64,000 nt of DNA from Sphaerodactylus townsendi (lineage: Eukaryota): the NCBI RefSeq assembly GCF_021028975.2, contig NC_059434.1:74834001-74898000 (forward strand), read 5' to 3'. The translations under genes and the position numbers were made by a program. Numbering within the stretch: the stretch's first letter is position 1; each line of letters begins with the position of its first letter. The notes beneath the pieces are model-generated. The model was not told where the DNA came from. It saw nothing but the letters and a program-made list of their open reading frames with translations, and did not search any database. Positions 23,801-35,400 of the stretch are shown here, one piece after another.

Positions 23801-26800
23801 CGTCTGACTAGCCCAGTGGTTCTCAACCTTCCTAATGCGGCGACCCTTTAATACAGTTCCTCATGTTGTGGTGACCCCCAACCATAAAATATCTGTACCG
23901 TGGGAACTTAATCTGGATGCTGATCAGTCTTAGGCAACCCCTGTGAAAGGGTTGTTTGACCCCCAAAGGAGTCACGACCCACAGGCTGAGAACCGCTGGA
24001 CTAGCCGAATAATCCTACGCAGACTTATTCCAGCCTTTTTAAAGGCTTAGCCTAAAGTAACTCTGCACAGAATTGCACTGTAAGCATGCTTAATATTGCC
24101 GCTCAGTTATGGAGTTAAGTTACAGTTCTGATTCCCTGTTCCTACAGAGAAAGATTTGTCAAAGTTAAGGACCTTGTAAAGTCCATGTGACTCTGAACAT
24201 AAAAACACAGAAAGAACGCTTGCTCCAATAATTGTTTTAATGTCCGGATCTATGGAATATTACTCCACACAGTGTAGTGACTAAAGCGTCAGACTAGCCA
24301 AATCAGACTAGCCGGGTCAGGGAAATCCAAGTTTGAATCCCCACTTGTGCCACTAAGGCCGCTAGGTGACACTGGGCCAATCATCCACTCTCAGCTTGAC
24401 CTACCTCACAGGGTTGTTGTGTGGATAAAATGGAGGAGAGGCAAATGATGTAAGCCACTTTGGCTCTCCCCTGGAGTGAAAAGTGGGATACAAAAGTAAA
24501 ACAAACAAATGAATAAATCCCAATACTCCGCACCTTCCTTCTATAGGAGAAAGCTCTTTCAAATCTTCCAGAGTCAGTGGAACATTTGCCATCTTCTTGA
24601 ACAGAGCGAGAGGGAAAGGGAAGGCAGCTATCTTCTTATTATAGAGTGCCATTCCAAATATATTCCCAATCAGAAAATGTACGTCTTCCTCTGATGGTAC
24701 CTAGTTTGAAAATTTAGCATACGTAAAATGCAGTATTAGCTTTTTGAATGGGCAGAAAGAACATCAAGTTGTAAAAAACAGCTATGCTTGAGCACCTTAT
24801 AGGCCAACCAGATTTTTGTGGTAGAAGTTTTCAAAAGTAAAAGCTCCCTTCATCGAACAGGGCTTGAATCTAGATGTTCTACTGCAGATAAACATAGCTA
24901 CCCTCTGACCCTATAAGCCTTTTGACAGTGTAAGCCTTTTTTTACAGAAAGAAGTTCTTCGGTGGAAGAAGAAAAGCCTCCGCATTTTAAAGAGGTCCCG
25001 TCAGCTATCAGCAACACTTTTGCTTTTGTATGGTTGCACTTGCCATTTTGTAGGCCCCAGGAAACAAAATGGCGGGCGCAACTGTACAAAAGCGAAAGTG
25101 TTGCTGACAGCCACCCGCAGCACTATAAAAGCTCTTTTATCAAAGTGCTGTGTTTAACGTTGCAAAAGATAATGGCTTTGACAAAGCCGGCACTTAGATA
25201 TGATTCTTTAGTCTTAGAAGAGAATTGAAAGGTGGGGGAAGGCAAGCTCCAGGACCCAGACGGAGCACTCCATAAAAGAAAGGTCTAGGAAGATGTGGCT
25301 AATACACATCTCCTCTGTTATCTTTTTGTGGAAAAAGGTATAACAATTGTCAGGTTTTTAAGCCCTCTAGTGGTGGGGAAGGAAATTACGAGGCAAGAAA
25401 AATGCAGGAAACACTGTGGTGCAAACGCTCTGTCGCTGCTGTGGATGCTTCACAGAATCATCACCATGCGGAAGCAGCCAAAGCAGCCCAAGACAGGATC
25501 TTGGGACCATGTATCTGGAGAATACAGGGATTGACCCTGCAACCATCTGCATGCGAAACAGACGCTCTGGCACTGAGCTGACTACTCCCTGAAAGGAAAA
25601 CATTCCCTTTTTGGTCTTCCTCTTTGGGAAGACAAATGGGAAGACAGAGGTCCTGAGTTCTGAAAGTCAGAACTGAGGACCTCTGACCTACAAAATCAAT
25701 TCACTGACATTTGACAGGTTGCTATTGACATGCTGGAGATCCAACGACAGATCTCCCAGCATCACATCTGGTAATCCTGGATGCTAGATCAGGAAGGCTG
25801 GCACCTGATTCTGCAAAACATGCTCCCCTAGCTAGTAAATAACAGCAGTGGCGTAGGAGGTTAAGAGCTTGTGTATCTAATCTGGAGGAACCAGGTTTGA
25901 TTCCCAGCTCTGCTGCCTGAGCTGTGGAGGCTTATCTGGGGAATTCAGATTAGCCTGTACACTCCCACACACGCCAGCTGGGTGACCTTGGGCTGGTCAC
26001 AGCTTCTCGGAGCTCTCTCAGCCCCACCTACCTCACAGGGTGTTTGTTGTGAGGGGGGAAAGGGCAAGGAGATTGTCAGCCCCTTTGAGTCTCCTGCAGG
26101 AGAGAAAGGGGGGATATAAATCCAAACTACTACTACTACTACTCTTCTTCTTCTTCATAAGAAGCATAAATAACTGCAGCATGGAAGCAGAACCATCTTA
26201 CCTGGCTGGAGAACCAAATCAGATGGGACTCTTCAAACAGCTGGAAGATCTGTGCTTCTGGAGCACACAGTTCCCTTCCAAGGATTGTGAAGAACTCTTG
26301 GGATGGCCCCCCATCATCAATTCCAGGTTCCCCAATGAAACACACCTGAGAAACCCAATAACGGTCAGATTATTTATACAAATGTGAGCAGAATTAGTAA
26401 CGGAAGAAATCTCTGTCCTACTTTTTGACCTTACATAGGTCCACAAAAAGAACTGTCAAGCTGTAGCCAATTTATGGCAACCCAGTAGGGTTTTAAAGGA
26501 AAGAGACTAACAGAAATGGTTTGCCGTTGCCTAGCTTTAGATAACAACGCTGGCATCGCTTGGCCTCCCATCACAGTACTAACCAGGGCTGACCCAGTGA
26601 CCCTGCTTAGCTTTTGAGATCTGATGAGAGCAAGCTAGCCTGGACTATCCAGGTCAGGGAGGCAGCATGGGTTACTGGGTAAGAGCAGCAGACCCTAATC
26701 TGGAGAACCCGGTAAAACCAGGTAAAATTCTCTAATCTGGAAAACCAGGTAAATCTCCTGAACAAGAAACCTCCTGGGTGACCTCGCATTGTCAGGCCAC

Positions 26801-29800
26801 GCATTGGAAGGCGATGGCATATCACCTCTGATCATCTATGCCTATTCGCAAGTCAGTGATACAGCCCAGTTCATAGTAAAAACCGAAACGTGTGTCCTCA
26901 GACTATCCATCTGGTGCGTTAGAGCAAAGTCCTCTTGGATGAGTCTCACCCTCGTGCAAGTGTGTAGAGGAAACCGAGCCCAGCAAGGGTCTTCTCAGGA
27001 GCAAACCCGGAGAAGAACTCGCATATTTCCACATCCACAAGATTGGGCATAGTCAACTGCAACGCAGCTCTGGAAGCAGTTCCCACTGAGCACAGTAAGG
27101 CTTTCCCAAACGAAGCGTGCCTAGAACTGCAGATCTCTGTTTCGTGTACTCCGCAGAAAGCCCGCCGGTTTTGCACGGCTTGACTCCCACTGCGGCTCTG
27201 CGGCGCCGACCAGGAACCCCAGAGCAGCTCCAGCAGCAGTTCAGGGACTGTTTTGCTTGCCGGAGCAGGAAATATTCTGCTTGCACAACCGGGTTGCCTC
27301 CCTCCGTCCTTGCAGCGGCTGCGGCGGATCATGCTGGCCCTTCCCGGCCTCCGCCTCCTGGCTCGCGCTTGTTGGTGGCGGGCAAACCGGCAGACGGCTC
27401 TAGCTGCCCGGGCTCTCTGCGTCGCCGCCCAGGACGGGCCGGCTGGGTCAGGACAGCAGCAGCAGCGGCCGCCCTTGTCGCCCGCCCTGCTGGACATCCT
27501 GGTGTGCCCTTTGTCCAAGAAGCCGCTCAGGTCAGCCTCGCCTTCCTCTCCGTCGCGCCCTGCTAGCCCCTGTTCTCTGCTCCTAACTTTGCAGGCCCCC
27601 CCCCCCCCCCGTGCTTCGTGCACCTCTGATTTCTGCTTGCATGCAAATCCTGCCTTACGTGTCTCAGATGGCTCCGAAGGGAGAAATCTTAGGTCTACTC
27701 AGAAGTAACACCATTTTATTCAGCGGGGTTACAATCCTTTTTAGGATTGCATCGTAAATCCGCCTCTTCCTTTCCCCCCCCCCCCCCCTCCCTCCGCCGG
27801 TACTCCATTATGGCCCTTTTTGTTCCCTTTGCTATTTTCCCCCCCCCCCCCCCCCTTTGCAACCGCCACCCTCTTTTCTTTCCCTTCCAGGGACTACTTT
27901 CAGTTTGCGAGCTCTCTCTCCCCCCCCCCCCCTTCGCGTTCGGATTTCTGGGATATATCACATTTACTCCAAAGGGGAGCATGTCATTTGTTTCTTCCTA
28001 AAGCTATGCATGCTGCAATTTTGATTTACTGTATTGGCAAAGGCTTGCAGGGCTGAAATTAACTATTATGAGTTTTGCGGGTTATATGGCTGTGGTCAGG
28101 TAGTTTTTGTTCCCAAAGTTTTGCCCGCACTTTAGGAGTGAAAACTACCAGACCACGTCCACATAGCCCGGAAAACCCACAACAATGGTACACTTTGGAG
28201 CCATCTTGGTGCATCAGTGCCAGGCTATAAAGTGGAACCTATGCCAGCGGAGGAGGCAAACAGCACCCTGGCACAGTGGATGATGGTCTGGAGGTGTTCA
28301 TGCAAGTGGAGTCTGCTTCCCCATCAGGCTTTGAGTCGGGGAACGTCCCCTTCCCCAGCCATAGACTTACACCACCAGAAAGTGTGGTTGGTGTAAGCCT
28401 GCTTGGCCTATGAGGCCATTTGGGCAGCAGGAGGAGGGTTTTTGAATCTCACTCCTTCCTGTTCTGCCCGAGGCCCCTCCACCACCCCAGTCTGGATTGG
28501 GCTGCTAGTATGATTGGCACCCAGTGAGATGTACAACAGAGTGATTAGAACCCAGCTCTCTTACATCCAGTGCCCTTGCTCTCCCATGGTAGATGCACGA
28601 TATACCTAGGCAACTGTGATAAGGGTCATGAAAAATGACATGCTGCAGTGGTCTTCCTCCAAACTGTGCCGGTTAACATTTTGGGGCTCCTCAGCCATTT
28701 GTCAAGAGCTTCGTGATGAGCAACTGAACAATGGCAAGCGAGCTTCCTTGACAGACTGCTGATGTTTCCCTGTGGTGCGCAGGCACACAAGTGGGATGTG
28801 CGTGCCCCCACTAGAACATCCCATTTGCATGTGGCACTGGTGAAGCCAGAACTGGTTTGTGTGACTGAAACATTCCAGCAGTTGTCTAAGGATTCCTCAG
28901 CAGGCAACTGGAAAACTCCCTGGAGGTGAACAGTTTGAATAAAACATAGGCATGCCAGACAAGGGGACCATCAACAGAGTTCTCACATCCTGGTTTTTCT
29001 CAATTTGCCCAGCTGCTGAGGCCCATTAATGGTGCTCTTCTACAGGAACAGATCATAGCCAGGGTTAGATTGGTCTGGACCTATGGGGGGCCTTTTCTGC
29101 TGCTGACTCCAAACTGTGGTGTGGTGGTTAAGAGCAATGGACTCTAATCTGGAGAACCAGGTTCGATTCCCCACTCATCCACATGAGTGACGAACTCTTA
29201 TCTGGTCAACTGAATCTGTTTTCCCCTACTCCTACACATGAAGCCTGCTGAGTGACCTTGGGCTATTCACAGTTCTGTAAGAACTCTCTCAGCCTCACAA
29301 GGTGTCCATTGGGGGGAGGGGAAAGGAAGGAAGTGTTAAGCCGCTTTGAGACTCCACACATTAGACAAAAGTGGAGTATAAATCTAGCTCTTCTTCTTTA
29401 GAGGCAAGACTGGCACTACCCATCAAGGCCTTCTGGACAGTCTTTTAAGGACCTACAGAGATCATTTGATTTAGATAAAGGCTGAGGGATCCGTTCCCTA
29501 CTGATTTGAGAGCTGTTGCCAAGTGTGGTTTTATGAACCCTTTTCATGGGGTGGAGTTGTATTTACATATGACTTGGTGAGGAAGCAGTTAAGAACTCAA
29601 CTAAAAATTGCTACTTGTTGCTTTAAATCAGTAAATTCAATTTATGAAAACACGTAACACTGCTTTGTACTGAAAGACCACTGGAGCTTGCATGGTGTAC
29701 TGTAGCAGTAAAAAGTGGTGGACTCGAATCTGGAGAACTGGGTTCAATTCCCCACTCCTACACATGAAGCCTGCTGAGTGACCTTGGACTAATCACTGTT

Positions 29801-32372
29801 CTCTCAGAACTCTCTCAGCCCAGCATACCTCACAAGAGGTCTGTTGTGGGGAGAGGAAGGGAAGGAATTTATAAGCCGCTTTGAGAATCATTAAAGGTGG
29901 AGAAAAATGGGATATAAATCCAAACTGTCTCCATACTCTCGATACTGGCTGCTTTGACTGGCAGCTGCTGTCCAGGTAGAGAAAGGTTAAGAACAAGCCA
30001 GCTGGATCAGACCAGAGTCCATCTAGTCCAGCTCTCTGCTACTCGCAGTGGCCCACCAGGTGCCTTTGGGAGCTCACATGCAGGATGTGAAAGCAATGGC
30101 CTTCTGTGGCTGTTGCTCCCGAGCACCTGGACTGTTCAGGCATTTGCAATCTCAGATCAAAGAGGATCAAGATTGGTAGCCATAGATCGACTTCTCCTCC
30201 ATAAATCTGTCCAAGCCCCTTAGTGGCCATCACCACCTCCTGTGGCAGCATATTCCCAACACCAATCACATGTTGCGTGAAGAAGTGTTTCCTTTTATTA
30301 GTCCTAATTCTTCCCCCCAGCATTTTCAATGAATGCCCCCTGGTTCTAGTATTGTGAGAAAGAGAGAAGAATTTCTCTCTGTCAACATTTTCTACCCCAT
30401 GCATAATTTTATAGACTTCAATCATATCCCCCCTCAAACGTCTCCTCTCCAAACTAAAGAGCCCCAAACGCTGCAGCCTCTCCTCATAAGGAAGGTGCTC
30501 CAGTCCCTCAATCATCCTCGTTGCCCTTCTCTGCACTTTTTCTATCTCTTCGATATCCTTTTCAAAGGATATTTCTTTCTTCAGGTTTCTCATCTCCTGT
30601 TGCCTGATCCTTTTAAGGGAAGGTCCCAGGGATTGATCTTCTGCACGCAAAGCACAGGCTTCGCCACTAAGACACCAATGCTTTTTGTATTTACTAGGTA
30701 TGAAGAATCCACCAACGAATTAATTAACGAAGAGCTGGGCATTGCCTATCCCATTATTGATGGCATTCCTAATATGATACCACAGGCAGCAAGGATGATT
30801 GCCAAGGAGAACCGAGAAAAGGAACCCGAACAGACCTAGACGACAGTCCTCTTAAAAAAGGGACAGTGAAAGATACACGGAGGCAGAAAAATGTTCCCGT
30901 CACTTCCTACTATGACTGTACTCGTTCCACTGTTGTCGTTAGCTGGTCTGTTTTATTCAGCCAGTGTGGATGAAAACTTTCCCCAGGGATGCACAAGCAC
31001 ATCCAGCCTCTGTTTCTACAGTCTGCTGCTTCCCATTACAATCCCCGTTTACGTGTTTTTCCATCTCTGGACCTGGATGGGCCTGACACTCTTCCGCCAC
31101 AACTAGGATGCGGAGGGTCTGTTAGCAAAGAATATGGTAGCAGTCCACAACATGGTATCTTACAGATTCTAAAGTAAGGGACCACATAGTGAATTAAATA
31201 GATCTCCACAAAGGTGCCTCCCAAGTCTATAGAAGATCTGCATGCCTTTTAAGGAAAGCAACTTCCCAGTTCAACACTGGTAGCACCAAACCATATTTGT
31301 GAGAACCATTAAGCCTAGAAGAAACTGTGGGGTTGCAAAATGAAGTCCTGTGACGTATCACATCATGTGGACAAGACTGCCTTCATGGGCTTCACTTTCT
31401 CTCCCTTGTGTGCATGGGGGCGAGGGCTGAGATTGCCCCAAGCCAACCCTAACGGAGCCGACAAGTGAACACATTCAAACCATCTATCGAGTTCATTAAA
31501 AATGCTCTGTGTAAAGCTTGACAGACAGCTTTCTCCCTTACACGTTCTTGAAATCAGGATTTGCATACCTTCTCCTTCGCCAGCAACGCACAGAAGAGCA
31601 GTCTTTCATGCAGGGATTTTGTAAAGTGAGAAGTTGTCTTTTGTGCACTAGATATTGAGCTCTCAGGTTACAGATGGTTTAAAACCAGGTGTAGCAGTAA
31701 GGAGGCATACTCTCTTGCATTTCGCTACCCTGTAGGGTTGCAGATATCCGGCTGTTTGAATTCATGTATGCAAAAGGATTGGAATTCACACACAGTGCTG
31801 TGGAAGTGATCAGCACTGGATGAAAATGTTACCGAATAGCAAACTTTTAGTTTTTAAATAAAACCACCTTTAAACCCAGCAGTTTTCCACAATGACTGTA
31901 CTTGGGAACATTTGGCTGACTGCTGACACCATCTGGGAAATCATGAAGGACCAAAGGAGTCCAGGTGCAATCCACTGGGTGCTGAGAGAACCAGATCTCT
32001 GCCCCCAGTTTAACTGAGGTTAATACCACTTAAATCCTGTTCAGGCGAAGTTGCCACTGACTTGGCCCATTGATTACAACGGGTTTAAATGCAGCGGGCA
32101 CAAATCATGTTGGGGCTCTTGTGCTTTTCCACAGTTAAACACCAAAGACATGTCAATGCAGCTTTATCAAGTGTAACTGATGTCTGAGACAGTTCTTAGA
32201 CTTAAAGCTCTGCTGCTTCTAACGATAAGCTGGAAGTTGTGACATTTATTTATTTCTAATATATGTGCATAACCTTTCTTCCAGACAACTGGGACCTGCT
32301 CATGTCAGGGACATTGTGGGACAACCCTCCAAAATTAAGAGAGAGAGAGAGAGAGAGTGAAAGTTTGAGAGC

Positions 32373-32404
<32 letters not shown>

Positions 32405-35400
32405 AAGGGAATGCAACCCAACCTGAGAAACAAGGTAGGAACCAAAAAGGTTGAGAAATCTAAAACTGTTCCTTAAAATGTATGAAATAAATATTTTATT
32501 GCATTCTAAGCAAAAAATCACGAAACAAACTTTTCAAACAAAAATATACATTCAGATCTGAGAACAATAATACAATATCATGAACTATATTGCAAACAAC
32601 CACAAAGCCTTAATTTTAATAATCCAATGCACGGATTTCAGGATGAAACACATAAAAGACCTGACGCGTTTTGATCTAATTGGATCTTCTTCAGAAGTCA
32701 TTGAAACAACCCACGCATATATAAAACTTCTCACAATCCATACAAACTTATTTACAGTTCAGCATGAGTTATATAGCTAAAAGAAACAATAATTGGTGTT
32801 CCCGTAAATATCTACAGTATAGTCGAAGGCTTTCACGGCCGGAATCACTGGGGTCCTGTGTGGTTTCCGGGCTGTATGGCCATCTCAGATCCTCTGAAGA
32901 TGCCAGCCACAGATGTAGGCGAAACGTCAGGAGAGAATGCTGCTAGAACACAGCCATACAGCCCGGAAACCACACAGGACCCCATCTACAGTATATATTG
33001 TGAATCTCATAAGTTTCAATCCAACAGGTAACTTTTAAATAGAACATCACTCATAAGACAAAATAACAGCAAACGATGTTCCCATAGATGTCTATGGTTT
33101 GTATTATGAATCTTACATGTTTCTATTCAGGTAATTTTTCCACTGAACACTACTTGGCAGACCTGCCTTGGACTATGTTTCTTGCTGCCTCCTGGATATA
33201 TTCTTGAACCACACAGTCCAGGGCAGGAACACCATTCACAATATATACTATAGATACCTACAGTGATACCATTATTAAAATTAAGGCTCTGTGGTCGTTT
33301 GTAATATATTTTATGATATTGCAGCACTGTGTGATCTCAGATATGAATGTGCATTTTTGTCGACAATTTTATGTTTAGTGGGGGCTTTTTGCTTAGAATA
33401 CAGCACAGTGCAATTAAATATATATTCCATACATATTAAGGGGCAGGTTTTAGACTTCTCAACCTGTGCATGTGCTACACAACTGCAACATGTTTCCCTG
33501 GAGCACAGAGCAAGACATGAATGTTTTGTGCCTCAATCAGAGGAAATGAAGCATAATTTCTTACTTGGAAGAAGAGCAGGAATTGGTTTGCTTTCATATT
33601 CCTTAGACACATCCACGTATCTTGCACCAGATATTGTCTCCTCACAATTAGTTCTATGTTTGGACTAAGGTTTGGCTGCAAGGACACAAATATTAGGTTA
33701 ACAGACTTCCTAGTGTGTTCTGCAGTCATGTCAGGCACCTGTGGGGATGTACCTACCCAGCTGGACATCCAATTCAATAAAACACAGTCTAGATTATGCA
33801 GTAGGATCTTTGCTTCCATATCCAAGATACAAGGGACCTGAATGACAACCTGAAAGGTATACTGAAATGACAAAGGGAAAATTAATCTGAAAAGTAACAC
33901 ACACATTTAAAAATCGGGTTGTTAGAAATGTAGGGTTGCTGTTTCCCTCCTATCTGGCATTTGTGGCCATCAGAAAATAAAATACATTCACACGTTAGTG
34001 CTTTTATTTCAAACATGGCAGCAGAGTCAGACAATCATCTTCCCACCTGCCAATGTTTGATGGTTTCTGGAATCATCCATTGATAGGAATCCAGTCCTTA
34101 AAAGTCAATGTATGAACAACCCCCTGCTCATCTGCTTTATAACATTCTTGACTGAAAGCAGCACTTGGGGACAACAGCAGAGCCCACGAGAAGTTCAAAG
34201 GCCTGTCAGAGAAAGCCAAATGGTTTTCTACCTATCCTATCAGTGAGAAAGAACATCATAATGCTCAGATGCAGAGGGAAAGTCCCAAGGTCTATGGAAT
34301 TGTTGCATTTGTTAGGAAGAGATGGAGCAAAGAAGCTCTGAGTAGTATCAGGGACCTGTGTGAGCACTGATAGCACAATGGATGGAAGAAAATCTGGCCA
34401 GGTATACAGCCTTTTAACAGCTGAAGGGTGCTGACTTTTGCTGCTATGGGTGGGTTAAAGCTCTAGAATTTCTGGACAGACTATCAAAATATGCCCCTGT
34501 CAGCTATCTCTCTTCGAGATCATAGAAGGGTGTGGTGGAAGTCATATATGATAATATGTTAACAGCTCCCACCAACCATTTAAATGGGCACTAATAAGTC
34601 AAATCTAAGCATTAAAAAGTGTCAACCTTACCTTCACTTCCAACCGCTTTGATTGAAATATTCTGACTACCTGTTTACAAATATAATAGAAAAATCAAAT
34701 ATTTAGCACATGCTGACATGAGGGGTCTTACAGTTTTCTCCTTTGAAAGCTACACACTCAAGAACTAGGTGAATGTTTGATGGTGTCATGTTGAAAGGCC
34801 CCTAGTAGCATTCTGTTTGGCTTGCCTTATTCTAACAAGAAACATGCAAAGAACTGGCTGATTGGTGCCAAACAATGTAAAATTTAACCTCCCATTCCTT
34901 GGCCTTGCTGCCGCCGGCCCCCCTACCCCCCCGCTTGTCAGGCTATAATGTTGCTACAACAACAGGCATTGATTCCCCTTCTCTGCCTCACCGAAAAGAA
35001 CCCTGCCAGGGTCTACTCATGCATTACAGTCTCACAAATCAGATTGCCATATTTGATTCCTCTGACAAACAGTCAAAATTTAGATAAGTGTAATGAGAAC
35101 TGGAGCTCTGGACTGCAGTCAGAAATTTGGGGGAATGTGATTTATTTTGAGAGGCATAATTAGTGGCTCCTGCTTTGATACTTATGTTGGAATCATGAAC
35201 CTCAACACAGTAAGAACCTCCATAGGACTGCTTGCTGTACACCTGCCTGTTGTTGTACTTACTTGCTCAAAGTTTTGTGTAGGGCTCAATTTTGGAGCAC
35301 ACAGCATTTCTTTAACTTCAGGAACATAAAAGTTCCTTTCCTGGATCTTGAAACCAGTCCTGCTATTTACCTACACAAACAGCCAAACAAGAAAATAACC

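Noticed and set aside
26946-27623. 225-aa ORF antisense to PYURF exon 1
   Set aside because: Shadow ORF in a CpG island with no family resemblance, and its phase does not fit HERC exon 18.
30333-30697. Apparent N-terminal extension of the PYURF exon 2 ORF (168 aa)
   Set aside because: The upstream part is antisense CR1 and intron sequence; the real acceptor is at 30697.
33127-33165. QVVFSGKIT resembling a HERC5/6 VSFSGE exon start just 3' of exon 17
   Set aside because: Only about five residues match, a stop follows immediately and there is no GG..EFF motif; too weak to call a relic exon.
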